The position numbers and the translations under genes are program-made. Below, piece by piece: positions 1 through 12,145 of a stretch of 64,000 bases of DNA. This DNA comes from Octopus vulgaris. Taxonomy: Eukaryota. The stretch spans positions 109,244,001 through 109,308,000 of the forward strand of contig OX597818.1 in assembly GCA_951406725.2 (NCBI GenBank). The letters are read 5' to 3'. Every line of letters begins with the position of its first letter. The stretch's first letter is position 1. The notes beneath the pieces were generated by a model, which had not been told where the DNA came from, ran no database searches, and saw only the letters and a program-made list of their open reading frames with translations.

Positions 1-289
1 CGTGGAGGAAGAGAAACAAGAGTTAGAAGCTATGGATGAATTTAAAACAAATGTTCTACTCATAAAAAATGCAGACTCAATTTCTATTTTTAAACACACC
101 TGAATAAATATTTTTTCCTGGAAGAAGAAAATCATTATAAATATGTTATGAACTTTTGACTAGTTTTTAAGTACAGACTAAGTTTAATAGATTGGTTTCG
201 GTCTTGGCCAGGAAAGGTTTTATTATTATTTTCACTATCAAGGAGAATGTATTACTAGAATCATTGGGAAAACCAATTTCTAGTATTTG

Positions 290-382
290 CTCCAGTTCTT
301 TGCATTCTGAGTTCAAATCTTACTGAGATCGATCTCGACTTTCACTCTTTCAGGATTGATAAAATAAAATACCAGTCACATA
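290..382 (+). mobile_element. Old SINE family B fragment, interrupted by a family A SINE
   Basis: ctgagttcaaatcttactgagatcga...ctttcactctttcaggattgataaaataaaataccagtca matches the reverse complement of the B copies at 9113 and 59200; resumes as aatattgagtc at ~772. Confidence 0.6.
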
Positions 383-771
383 GGCACAGGAGTGGCTGTG
401 TGGTAAGTAGCTTGCTAACCAACCACATGGTTCCAGGTTCAGTCCCACTGCGTGGCATCTTGGGCAAGTGTCTTCTGCTATAGCCCCGGGCTGACCAATG
501 CCTTGTGAGTGGATTTGGTAGACGGAAACTGAAAGAAGCCTGTCGTATATATGTATATATATGTATATGTGTGTGTTTGTCCCTCTAGCATTGCTTGACA
601 ACCGATGCTGGTGTGTTTACGTCCCCGTCACTTAGCGGTTCAGCAAAAGAGACCGATAGAATAAGTACTGGGCTTACAAAGAATAAGTCCCGAGGTCGAT
701 TTGCTCAACTAAAGGCGGTGCTCCAGCATGGCCACAGTCAAATGACTGAAACAAGTAAAAGAGTAAAAGAG
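383..771 (+). mobile_element. tRNA-derived SINE family A, full length, CR1-type tail
   Basis: A-box-like TGGCTGTGTGG, B-box-like GGTTCAGTCCC, central ttgggcaagtgtcttct, internal TA/TG microsatellite, 3' GTAAAAGA x2 tail; many related copies in window. Confidence 0.85.
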
Positions 772-939
772 AATATTGAGTCCAGTACTGTCAACCAATC
801 TGATTTCAAATTCCACTGAGGTCAACTTTGCCATTCATCTTTTTGGGGTCAATAACATAAGCACTAGTTAAACATTCTTTCCTCAGAATTGCTGGCTGTG
901 GACCAAAATTTGAAATCATCAGCATCATTAATTTCATCA

Positions 940-941
<2 letters not shown>

Positions 942-978
<37 letters not shown>
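942..978. repeat. (ATT)n microsatellite
   Basis: direct reading. Confidence 0.95.
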
Positions 979-979
<1 letters not shown>

Positions 980-1160
980 GGTGGCAAGCAAGTAGAACTG
1001 TTAGAACACCGGACAAAATGCTTTGTGACATTTTGTTCATCTTTACTTTCACTAAGATCGACTTTGCCTTTCATCCTCTTGCAGACATAAATTAAATACC
1101 AGTCAAGCATTGGGGTTGATGTAACTGGCTACCCTCTTCCCACAAAATTGCGGGCCTTAA
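978..1160 (+). mobile_element. Old SINE family B copy, internally deleted
   Basis: aaggtggcaagcaagtagaactgttag head; gatcgactttgcctttcatcc...taccagtcaagcattggggttgatgtaac core. Confidence 0.7.
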
Positions 1161-1189
1161 AAAGAAAAAAATTATTATTATTATTTTAT

Positions 1190-1312
1190 TGTCTTTGCAC
1201 AACTTCTAACGCTGGGGATGTACCACAGTGTCAGCTGTTCACTACCAGTGAACTAAGGTAACACCCCTTATTTTTCAAGCAGCATCCGGAGTATTCAGGT
1301 GGTTCCAAGCGC
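1190..1312 (-). mobile_element. 3' end of R4/Dong-like non-LTR retrotransposon abutting (TAA)n
   Basis: close match to 46382-46502; preceded on + strand by (TTA)n at 1172-1189. Confidence 0.7.
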
Positions 1313-1715
1313 CACCAACCAACCCTATGAGCAGGACTGCCAATTACTGATCCCCTATGTTTACCACCCCTAACGCATACCAATTCCCTAAGCTTACCAC
1401 TCTGCAACACTTGTTTTGCATGTGTATACTTGCAAACATGCATGTGTGTGCATGCACACTAATATGAATGCATACATGCATGCAAATATACATAGGTACA
1501 TGTGAATGAATATGCATGTATGTGTATGCACGTGTGCATGTGTCTGCTAAAGCATGTTTGCATGCAGATGGGCACACACACACACACACATCAAAACACA
1601 TGCACACAAAAGCATATGAGTGTGTCTACACACCCACATATAGAAATATATACTTGCACATGCCGCCCCTTCCTACTTCCTTACCCCAACAACAACCTGA
1701 CTGATTTCTTAATTG

Positions 1716-1781
1716 CCACATGGTCTATTTCCTGTCCTCCACATGGTCTATTTCCTGTCCTCCACATGGTCTATTTCCTGT
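1716..1781. repeat. 23-bp tandem repeat x2.9 (CCACATGGTCTATTTCCTGTCCT)
   Basis: perfect units at 1716 and 1739, truncated unit at 1762. Confidence 0.95.
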
Positions 1782-2902
1782 TCACCATGTGGTACTTTCC
1801 AGCTAAATGTTACCCAATTCAATTCCAACATCAAACCATATTATTTTTAACCAGGTCAGAATTATTCTTATCCTTTAGTTTATTTTTATTTTTTGTATTT
1901 ATTTTTGTATGAGATATTGTTTTCTATGCAAACTGTCAAATTTAACCAAAACACCCTGTAGGTCGCATAGACAATTGTGCACAGAATGTGCGAGAGTGAA
2001 TGGTAGTATCAGCTGCCAGTGAATGGTATTGTATGTGGCCAAAAGTAATAGCAAGCATGTAGGGAAGTATGGGGAAAGCAACCAAATTCAGAAATAAACA
2101 AGGAGTTGATACAAATCCGAGATAGTGCCACTTAAGGAAAACGGCAATGTAATGGTTTCTGAAAATGCACAACCAACACACAAAATGCTTTGCATGACTG
2201 TACAATGCACCATACCATGCACACACACACACACACACATCAAAATAATAACACCACTTCACTATATACACACTCAGTATACAGGAGAGAAGATATACAC
2301 TTGCTTCAATGTTTCAAGGAAATGTGTACAAGAATTTGTATATGAATATGCATTTGTCTCTTTGACTCTATTAGTTGTATTATAGTTGTAATATCCAATA
2401 TAATGAGATATTTATCATTAGATTTTCTACATAAATCAATTTAGACCAGATATTAACATGTTTTGTTTTGTTGTTTGCTTTCTTGTGAGGAAGTATCTTC
2501 TCATATATTTGTTAAAATATATAACAATAAAAAAAACACATCACTTTGCTTCAGCACATTGTACAGGAACATATGTGTCTAATTCATGTCCATTTCTAAA
2601 CTGCTCTTTTAAAATCTGCTTCTAAATGTTTTGTAAAATTAGATTTCAAAACATACACACTCAATATATAGATTAATAGGCATTTATTTAATGTACATTA
2701 CTATTTGTGAGATAGAATAAAATAAAATGACTTTTGAACACAATAAATAAAATATTTACTATATTTTGGATAAAAACAGTATTGCTGATTGTTTCCTGTA
2801 TTTGCCTGCTTTAAAAAAGAACATTTTTTGCTCTTTTTTTAACTCATTTTTATTTCTATTTTCCTGCTAGCAAGGGTAAAATGGTATTTTTTTTCCTCAC
2901 AG

Positions 2903-3040
2903 ATTTCAGTATTTTCAGAGAAATTACTGGGGCAAGAAAAATCTTTAACTTATACCAAACTAAAACTACAAAATCTGAGATATATTCATCTTCAACAAGA
3001 CAGTCAAATGCAGGCAGAATTGGAAAAGTTAAGGGTCTAA
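2903..3040 (+). CDS. Candidate terminal coding exon, coiled-coil-like peptide (unidentified)
   Basis: ttttttttcctcacAG acceptor at 2901-2902, then ISVFSEKLLGQEKSLTYTKLKLQNLRYIHLQQDSQMQAELEKLRV* (TAA 3038-3040); non-repetitive, protein-like composition; no homology recognised. Confidence 0.45.
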   Translation: MSVFSEKLLGQEKSLTYTKLKLQNLRYIHLQQDSQMQAELEKLRV

Positions 3041-3431
3041 GGGACTGGTGTGCATCTGCATTTACAATCAGCAATTCGAAGAGGATCCATAGATGATCAA
3101 AGTATTCAACTGATGTGAGGAGTGAAAAATCTAACAAATTCTTCAACATGGAATAGAGAAAGATAAAGCTGTCATTGGCCTAGTTATAAGCCCATAGCTA
3201 AGCCAACTTTCTTGACTTCCCATTGTAATATATGCACCCAAAATTTCAGTTCTCATGGTAATTAAACACACAGTTATGTGCCTTGCCTTTGGCCACAAAA
3301 AGCTGTGCTGATGGCCACTTTGAACTTGTGAGCATACAGGCACAACAAAACAGACACTACTTTTGCATGACATTACAGATAAAAGTAACTCCAATAAATA
3401 CAGTTTATATCAAATAAGTGTACATAAACAC

Positions 3432-3802
3432 TGGTGGTGGTGCCACATAAAGATCATGGGTGCTGGTGTCATGTAAAAAGCTCTCAATCCATTCTGTAAA
3501 GTGGTTGGTGTTAGGAAAGGCATCCAGCAGTAAAAAGCATGCCAAAACAGACAATGTTGCTGCCTTGTAAAAATCACCTATGCTGGTGCCACATGAAAAG
3601 TACCTGGGCCAATGCCATGTAAAAGACACGTAGTACATAATGTAAAGTGGTTGACATTAGGAAGGGCAACCAACCTTAGAAACCATGCCAAAACAGACAA
3701 TGGAGCCTAGGCAGCTCCTGTCCAACTCTGGTCAACTCCTGTCAAACCATACAATCCATGCCAGCATGGAAAACAGATGTTAAATGATGGTAATGATGAT
3801 GA
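3432..3802 (+). mobile_element. RTE-related non-autonomous element, family D, with internal duplication
   Basis: ggttggtgttaggaaagggcatccagc motif twice, tgctggtgccacat..aaaag repeats, ccatgccagcatggaaa...ttaaa(tga)n tail. Confidence 0.8.
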
Positions 3803-4033
3803 GAAAGTATGCATCAGACTGTGTGACACTTCTAAATTATGTAGGGTTTTAAGAAGTCATAGGGAATTGAGTCGCTAAAGTCCCTTAGTGAAAGTTTATT
3901 AAATAAGGAACTGATGCTGTTAGAACAACGGCAAGCTCAGAATACAGATGCGAATACAGAAACTCCACCAACTCTACTTAAATTGACTGTAAAGAACATT
4001 GCAAAAGGGTTGGCATATGATCCTAATTGTGAA

Positions 4034-4481
4034 ATCATCATCATCATCACCATCGTTTAACGTCCGCTTTCCATGCTGGCATGGGTTGGACAGAATGACT
4101 GAGGACTGGTGAACCAGAGGCTGCACCAGGCTCAATCTGATCTGGCAAAGTTTCTACAGCTGGATGCCCTTCCTAACGTCAACCACTCTGACAGGGTAGT
4201 GGGTGCTTTTTACATCCCACAGGCACGAGGGTCAGTTAGGCGGTTCTGGCAACAACCACACTCAAAAGGGTGCACTGGCAACAACCATGCTCAAATGTTG
4301 TTTTTCATGTGCCACCAGCATATGTTCAGGTAGAGTGACTCTGGCAATGACCACGCTTGAATGGTGCTTCCACGTGCTACCGGCATGGGGACCAATCTGT
4401 GGACCTGGCAATGATCATATTCCGATGTGCTTTTACCAATTCACTGGCATGAGTGCCAATCAGGTGGCACTGTCATCAGCA
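4034..4481 (-). mobile_element. Family D element with degenerate ~66-bp internal repeats
   Basis: (cat)n-cgtttaacgtccgctttccatgctggcatgggttggac tail, ggatgcccttcctaacg motif, about 4 repeat units. Confidence 0.85.
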
Positions 4482-5479
4482 TAACCTAGAAATTACAAGA
4501 AGAGTTTACAATGAGCCTAATGTAAGTTCTTTGCCCCTCCAGCAGATGTTGATGAACTATAAGACAAAAGATAATGTCCTTTCTCCTTCCAGCAGCTCCC
4601 ATTCTGTCATCACCATCCTTCACACAGCTGTCAACATCTTTTGTGGTAAGGATGTACTCAGTTACAATATTACCATTCTTATTTATTCTGCAATGTGTTT
4701 CTCTTTAAAAGTTATGTAAAAATATTATACTGTGTATGCTTAATAACTTATTTTCATACATAAAAAAGCTTGTTTTTTACTGCCGTTTTATTATTTTTTT
4801 TAATGTGTCAGAATGCATTATCGCTTTATACCACAAAAATCAATGAGAAATTTAATTTTGCATTACAGCAAGATTTTCAGGGATGTGTTACCTCCAAAGC
4901 CCAGGAGATTCCTGTGTGGTAATTTATCCTTTCTATTCATTTAATATCATCCTTCTATACTAGCAAGAGTTGGATAGGTTCATATGCATGTCTTAACCCT
5001 CTCAGATCTTGTCCATTGTGTCTAACTTCAACCTCCACCTGGGTTAATGGGGAATACGATGCAACAGGGTGGACAGAGTCTAATCATCTGTTGTCTCTGT
5101 CTTTTAAAACAACATCTTAAGAAGTTATTCAGTCAACTCACCACTTTTCATCCACCAACAGCATCACTCGTTCATTCACACTTGGTATTTATACCAACAC
5201 TCATTGCCCCCCCACCACCACCACCCTCTGCCCTATTTAACTTGCTTGCTTTTACATTGTCTCACTAGTTAATTGAACACATTCAATGGGATCTACACAG
5301 TTGTTTTCCCAAAGCAGTGTCTCTTTCATCAAGCATATTTCCCTATAATATAGCACTAGATTTCTTAGGTATACACAATGCAACATTCTATTCAGACAAA
5401 TAAGAATTTTCCTTTGATCAACAAAAGAAACAATTTCTTCCTAAATTTCTTCAATTATTTTGCATTCAAGATGCTATAA

Positions 5480-5745
5480 TGGGTGTAAACTCTAGCTATA
5501 ACTAGTTCCAAACCAAGGCAATATTAATCAGCCTTGTAGCAAGACCATATGCACCTGTAATATTTAATGTTAATTTCATTCTTGATGAAAAGGTTCTGGA
5601 AAATGTATAACACTTCATTTTATTTGGGAATCCAAGGTAGCAGAGTACAATCTATGTGCTTCCATAAATTGAAGATAGAATTTAGTACACCTAATGTGGA
5701 GATGTAAGCATTGAAAGTTAATGTTTGGAAAGGAGCAAACATTAA
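5480..5745 (+). mobile_element. Highly decayed RTE-clade LINE RT C-terminal remnant
   Basis: frame-broken KTKA..QP..PYAP..LDEKVLENV*HF.YLG resembles RTE KTEVMYQP..LE.V..F.YLG. Confidence 0.4.
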
Positions 5746-6164
5746 AAATTCCTCAGTCTAGAAAAGTAGAAGCAAGACCTGGGAAATGAGATGGGTTCAG
5801 TAAATGGTAGTTTGGCTTAGAGCTGAAACATGACTTCATAGTAACAAAGGAAAATAACAAAAAAAGGAAAAGATTTGCAAGTTGAATCAAACGACAGTTA
5901 CTTATCACAATGTAGGTACAAGGAAGAACCCATTCACTTCTATAGATTCTATCATTTAATACTATTGCAATATATTTATCTAACACAGACAAAGAACAGC
6001 ACCAACTATTGAAGTGTGCACTAGATGTTTCTGGGTTGCTGTTTTGTTCTATTTTCCTTGTCAAAGAAAACATGGCTTATATAAAAAGTAAGTTTAATAC
6101 AGAAATTTGATGTAAAGTAGATGTTGACAGAAACAAATTCCTGAGACTAGACTGCCACTGAACA

Positions 6165-6578
6165 AGTTTTTACACAGATCGCAAATGCAGAAGGTTTTAA
6201 GCAGGATGTTTTACACAAAATATAAAAACACGATGTTTTATACTGATTGTAAAACATTGTAGACTATTTTACAAAGACTTAAAATGTAGATTTGTTTTAT
6301 AGAGATTGAGAAAGTAAAAAGGTTTAAAAACAATGTCAATGCAGAGGATTTTACTCAAACTGTGATTGCTTCAAAGCAAACTGTAGATGTAAAGTAAACT
6401 GTAAACATTTACAATTTGTGGGGGGAAAATTCTACACAAACCGTAAATGTAGGAAGTTTTAAACAAACTGTAAATGCAGAATTTTTTTACATAGACCAGA
6501 AACGGAGACACAAACTATAAACCTGTTTTACTTAAACTGTGAACGTGGGATGTTTTATGTAGGTTGTAAATGCAGGCA
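6165..6578. repeat. Degenerate ~27-bp minisatellite, consensus ~TTTTACACAAACTGTAAATGCAGRATG
   Basis: recurring units such as ttctacacaaaccgtaaatgtaggaag, ttttaaacaaactgtaaatgcagaatt, ttttacttaaactgtgaacgtgggatg. Confidence 0.75.
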
Positions 6579-6832
6579 GATATGATGTGCGGAACAGAGG
6601 GTATCTTTCAAAACTATTTATGATTTAGAATACATAAATATACATTCACTCATTCATCTAAACGTTCCAACATTACTGTCCTCATCATTACATCAGCACC
6701 AGATCTAATGATGTGAACCACAACCTTCAAGATGTCTTAACTTGCAAAAAGAATAGCAATAAATCTTTTCTCTCAAATCACACTTTAACACTTTCAATAA
6801 GGAAGAAAACAGTGGAACATATACCCTCAGAT

Positions 6833-7180
6833 ATCATCATCATCGTTTAACGTCCGTTCTCCTTGCTTGCATGGGTTGGACGGTTTGACTGAGGACTGGC
6901 AAGCCAGGAGGCTGCACCGGGCTCCAATATGATCTGGCAGTGTTTCTACAGCTGGATGTCCTTCCTAACGCCAACCACTCCGAGAGTGTAGTGGGTGCTT
7001 TTTATGTGCCACCAGCACAGGAGCCAGTCAGGCGAGCCCGGCATCAATCACATTCAGATAGTACTTTTTACATGCCACCAGCATGGGGGTCAGTCAGGGG
7101 GTACTAGCATCAGCCACGTCTGGATGGTGCTGTTTACATGCCACCGCCATGGGAGCCAGTCAAGCGGACCTGGCATGGAT
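6833..7180 (-). mobile_element. Family D element with ~3 x 66-bp repeats
   Basis: same tail and core as the 4034 and 56195 copies. Confidence 0.85.
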
Positions 7181-7599
7181 ATGCTGTCTAAAAATAAGAC
7201 AGGATATTTATTGTTGGAGGCCTTTTGATTAGAACTGACTCCAGGCAAAACACTAACAACAATGATAGTCATTGTTATGTACTCCTGAAGGTTGAATATT
7301 GAGAGTGATTGGGCTGGTAAGAATAATTAGAAGTGGTAGAGGTACAGTAATTTAATAGCAAAGATAGACGGCAAGACAGATGCTGTGAAGGTCGTAGTGT
7401 TGAAGCTATAAGTAGCAATGATGTACCAGTAATATATATTGGGATAAAATGGCTGAGATAAAGTAATAGTGGAAAGCGACAGTAGTAACAAATAGATTTC
7501 TCTTCAACACAGAATGAGTGTCCCAATAAATGTATTTTAGAGAACGCACACACACACATAACCAATGGGAGCACCCCTAAATGGCCAATTGCATGGCAA

Positions 7600-7740
7600 G
7601 AAATAGCAGCCAAATTACATTCAAATTACATACTACTATTTTAAAAACGAAGAGGTACACTATCTGAAAAGATGAATGTAGGAAAGCTTTGATCATAGGT
7701 CTTCATGATTAGGGGTGGTTTGTTGCTCGAAGAAAAAAAA
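7600..7740 (+). repeat. Old unclassified interspersed repeat F (also ~6750, ~31976, ~46225, ~57280)
   Basis: shared aaatagcagccaaat...caaatcacac.ctact.t.tt.aaaa motif in several diverged copies. Confidence 0.55.
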
Positions 7741-7932
7741 ACTTATTTCCACCTTATGATGAATATTCATAGAAATGAGAAATGCAAACTAAGAAATGAA
7801 GCAAAAATAAGAGAAGAAAATAAACAGTTGGAGAAAAGAGAGAGAGAGAGGAAAAGAAGTGATAAATAGAATCCTTGGACAGTAGTGGTAGCAGTGGAAA
7901 GAGAGCACACAGTTGTGGAGGAAATAAACAAA

Positions 7933-7935
<3 letters not shown>

Positions 7936-8002
<67 letters not shown>
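7936..8002. repeat. (GT)n microsatellite
   Basis: direct reading. Confidence 0.95.
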
Positions 8003-8005
<3 letters not shown>

Positions 8006-8134
8006 CGTACACATAGTTGTGCATGGCAAATGGTATAGATTTATTAGGCGTGTGGGATAAGAAAAAAAAAATGATTTAGAATTTCTTGAATTAATAAATA
8101 AAATAGAAAATTTCAGATTTTGAAAAGAAATATA

Positions 8135-8505
8135 TTGAGACAAGAAGGCAGGAGAGTAACTCAAAGAGAAAGGAGATATACGAAAAGAGAAAAGACAGAG
8201 AGGAGAAAAGAAGAAGAGATATAAAGAGAAGAAGAAGAAGAAAATGAAAAGAAGAGAATTGAGAGACAAGAAGAAGAAATGAGTGGAAGAGTGAGAGACA
8301 AGAAAAGAGGTGAGAGGAGATGGAGAGAAGAGAAATGGAAAGAAAGGGTATGAGAAAGAGAAAAAGAGGAAGCAAGTGGTATTCTTGAACTTGTTTTGGT
8401 CATTTGACTAAGGGTTGCTAGAGTACCATGTACATAAATAAGTACATACATACATGAGGGAGGGAGGGGGAAAGAAAGAGAGAGAGTAGAAGAGAAGGCA
8501 AGATT
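8135..8505. repeat. GA-rich low-complexity polypurine tract
   Basis: almost pure A/G at 8163-8372 and 8455-8500. Confidence 0.85.
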
Positions 8506-9112
8506 AAAAAAACTTTGCTTTATTAAAGACAATATCTGAGGTGAGGATTTTGCTATAGAACAGCTTATAATAATAACAACAACAACAACAGTTGCTTAGT
8601 AACAGATCATGTGAATGGCAATAAATATAATTTGTTACTGAAACATTTTAATCTTGCTTTTCATTGGTGCTTTTTGTTTGTTTGCCCCCCCCCTCCCCAC
8701 TATCATTTGGCTGTGTTCTTCACTGGAAACACTATCATTTTCAGTAGCACTATTACACATGACTACTACCTTCTGTACCATGGTGATGATGATGATGATG
8801 ATTGTTATTATCATCATCTTATTCTTCTTCCCCCTCAACATCATCGCTGCTACCACAACTTTGTCTTCCGTCATTTCAAAATTTGCATATTTACAAAGAT
8901 AACTTGTAGAGTTGATTTCTTTATTCCTGAGACATTCAAAGTTGAATAAATTATGCAGATGGCCCAAAAGTTAGTCAGCAGCATTTGGTGTCACTAAAAT
9001 ATGGGGAGTGTCACAGTGCCAAAAACAGGTTATGAACCCAGGATAAGGAACTAGTGTTGTGGGAGCTACAATTGTAGCAACAACTCTACGAACCCTTCAA
9101 ATTATAAATACT

Positions 9113-9345
9113 TATTTCTTTATTGCCCACAAGGGGCTAAACATAGAGGGGACAAACAAGGACAGACAAACAGATTAAGTCAATTACATCGACCCTAGTG
9201 TGTAACTGGTACTTAATTTATCAACCCCAAAAGGATGGAAGGAAAAGTCGACCTCAGCGGAATTTGAACTCAGAACGTAATGGCAGACGAAATACTGCTA
9301 AGCATTTCGCCCGGTGTGCTAACGTTTCTGCCAGCTCACCACCTT
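9113..9345 (-). mobile_element. Young SINE family B, full length, 16-bp TSD
   Basis: TSD TCAAATTATAAATACT at 9097-9112 and 9348-9363; B-box-like GAGTTCAAATTCC on - strand. Confidence 0.9.
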
Positions 9346-10663
9346 ACTCAAATTATAAATACTATCAGAAGCTCTAACTAACCAAAGCTAAACTAAAGAC
9401 ATTTTTAAAAGAAACAATGATTCAAATCCTCGTGCAATTTTCAACAGGAATTTTAGATGAAAACTAGCTTAGGTATTTATTTTAAAAGAAAAGAGTGACG
9501 ATTAAGAAATGAAAATGATAGGTGTCCCAACAAATAAAGATATGATTTGATATACCAAAGTACAGAGAGAACTTGGCTTTTTAATGTTAACATCTTTAAT
9601 GAGGTAATGACTACAAATGTAGTCTAGTCATCAATGAATGACAACTCACTCACACACACACACACACATGAAGACACATTATTCTGAAAATAAGAAACTC
9701 TTTTTTAGTTAAATCCAACCAATTACTGATGTTTTCAACCATCCAAACCAATCTAAAACGAAAGTATAAGGAAAATCTAAATCAAATAAAGGTAGTGATT
9801 GGGATCAGCATGCATCTACAAAATGCAGAGAAAAATCAACAAACAACAAACCCAGAAACATCCACATCTAAGCCTGGTGGGTGGTATTAACCTCTCATGT
9901 GCCAAACATGATATAGTATAATATTAGATAATGTGATATTGTTAGTTAAAAGCAAAGAGAGAGAGAAAAAATTCTTCAAAAGCAGTTTTGTTATAATTAA
10001 CAACCAATATAACAGGTTTTCTTCATCAAAGTGAAACAATAGACTAAAATATTCACAAAAGAATGATAGATTAAGAAATAATTAAAAAGATAATTTAAAA
10101 AACAAAAGTAATAAGAAACCTACTTTTCAATATCCTGTCTGTAAATACACATGCATACATGCGTGCATGCATGCATGTGTGTGTGAGGGAGAGAATGATA
10201 AAAAGTATTGTAACTCTAACAAATTAGTTTAAGTATAAAAATGGTATCTGCCTGAAGCTGTTTTTTGATACTGACATTTTTATCGACTGTGAGAATTTCG
10301 GGGACATTGACACGAAGAAATCACAATGAGTTGCTGAGATAGAGTGGAAGAACAAAATAGTTAACAGTGGTTTGTACAAGTACATGCACACAAAGGACAC
10401 TTGGCTGGAATAAAGGAAGAGGCGGATATACATTGTATATCTACCTCGTGTGTATTATACAACTCCACAAACACATAGGAGGACAGCGGCAAGAAAAGGA
10501 AGCAGGGATTACTTCAGTGGGGTTTTAATGAAGGAATGTTCACTAGATACAGATGTTAGAATTAGATAAGATTGCTTTGAAGAAGTTCCAGGGAATGAGA
10601 AAGAGTATAAGGGTCAGATAGAAGTAAAAATAGGGGGGGGGGGGAGAAAGGAAAAACAGTACC

Positions 10664-10896
10664 TATTTCTTTATTACCCACAAAGGGCTAAACATAGAGG
10701 GGACAAACAAGGACAGACACAGGTATTAAGTGGATTACATCATCCCCAGTGCGTAACTGGTACTTAATTTATCAACCCTGAAAGGATGAAAGGCAAAGTC
10801 GACCTCGGCGGAATTTGAACTCACAACGTAACGGCAGACAAAATACCGCTAAGCATTTTGCCCAGCATGCTATTGTTTCTGCCAGCTCAACGCCTT
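10664..10896 (-). mobile_element. Young SINE family B, 19-bp TSD
   Basis: TSD AGAAAGGAAAAACAGTACC at 10645-10663 and 10897-10915. Confidence 0.9.
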
Positions 10897-11214
10897 AGAA
10901 AGGAAAAACAGTACCAAAGATCAGGTAGCAACTACAGTAAAAGAGAGGTAAGACATCTGAACAGAATCCAGTCAACAAGGTACTGGTTTATGATAATTTA
11001 TTAGATACTACAAAGGTAAGTGACAAATGGTATTCTATATATTAATGATTAAAGTGGAATATTTGAAAGATAAATTCTGTACTAAAACCATAAAATAAAC
11101 ATTATGAATGTTTATACAAGATGAGGTAAATACTAAGATAGAATGAGATAGGCAAACTCACAAATAAACGAACAATAAAAGAAATCATTATTATTATTAT
11201 CATCATCATCATCA

Positions 11215-11427
11215 CAACTGGTGGTGTGCAGGAAGAATCATTGAAGAATTGAATGAAATAGCCTGTGGTGTTTGTTCCAACTCTTTATATTCAGAGTTCA
11301 GATCCCAATGCACCGAACTTTGCTTTCTATCTTTTAGAGGTTGATAAATAAAGTACTTGTCAAGTACTGGAGTCAATATATTTGACTGTCCACTCAACTC
11401 AGATTTCAAGCCTTATGCCTAAATTTT
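11215..11427 (+). mobile_element. Old SINE family B variant
   Basis: agagttcagatccc...ctttgctttctatcttttagaggttgataaataaagtacttgtcaagtactggagtcaata. Confidence 0.65.
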
Positions 11428-11745
11428 GTTTGCTTTTACATCCATGGACAAGATATCTCAAGAACCGCAGGATGGATTCGGATGAAACTTTGAGGGATGT
11501 TTGGCCTCATGACAGGCACAAACTGACTAGATTTGGGGATCGATCCAGTACCAGACAAACTATTCTGGATATTTTTCCAGTTTTTTTTACTTAACTTTTG
11601 AGAGTGGTCGATCCCATTTTTAGTAATCTTGTTTGTGAGAGCAGTCAAGTTTATTTCAGATATTCTCGTTTTAAAAATCATCTCTGGCTAATCATTGAGA
11701 GGACGTTGGAGTTACTTTGGCAGAGGTTTGTGCTCTCTGGGTGTT
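11428..11745 (+). mobile_element. Probable non-autonomous Helentron/HINE-type element, 5' truncated
   Basis: agatatctcaagaacc..ggatggatt..gatgaaacttt..gggatg...tagatttgggga and 3' ttggcagaggtttgtgctctctgggtg resemble metazoan HINE/DINE-like elements as I recall them; single copy here. Confidence 0.5.
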
Positions 11746-11839
11746 GTTGTTGTTGTTATTATTATCTGACATGCCCAGCTTGTTGATGGAGGTGGCATTA
11801 ATACACCAGCTGTTCCTTTACAATGAACTAAGTTAGACA

Positions 11840-11975
11840 ATCATCATCATCATCGTTTAACGTCCGTTTTCCGTGCTAGCACGGGTTGGATGGTTCGACC
11901 GTGGTCTGGGAAGCCAGGTGGATGCACCAGGCTCCAGTCTAATCTGGCAGTGTTTCTACAGCTGGATGCCCTTCC
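11840..11975 (-). mobile_element. Family D 3' portion fused to RTE fragment
   Basis: (cat)n-cgtttaacgtcc...ggatgcccttcc. Confidence 0.8.
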
Positions 11976-12145
11976 TTTTTACTCTGAGGGAGAGGCTCTC
12001 TGTTACCAACAGAGGTAGTAGCTCTCTGAACTTTGCTCAGCCTATTCTTATTCTAGAAGCTACCCTCTTGGAGCACCTACCTCCGCTGCTGACTTGGTCA
12101 CCTAGGTAACAGAAGCTATCAACTGCTTCTAGTTTCCACCCTGGA
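11975..12145 (-). mobile_element. RTE LINE RT fragment
   Basis: - strand reads YLGDQVSSGGRCSKRVASRIRIG*AKFRELLPLLVTESLSLRVK. Confidence 0.8.

Noticed and set aside
7754-8532. Hydrophobic F/L/S-rich ORFs resembling membrane proteins
   Set aside because: Reverse translation of a GA-rich low-complexity tract and (GT)n.
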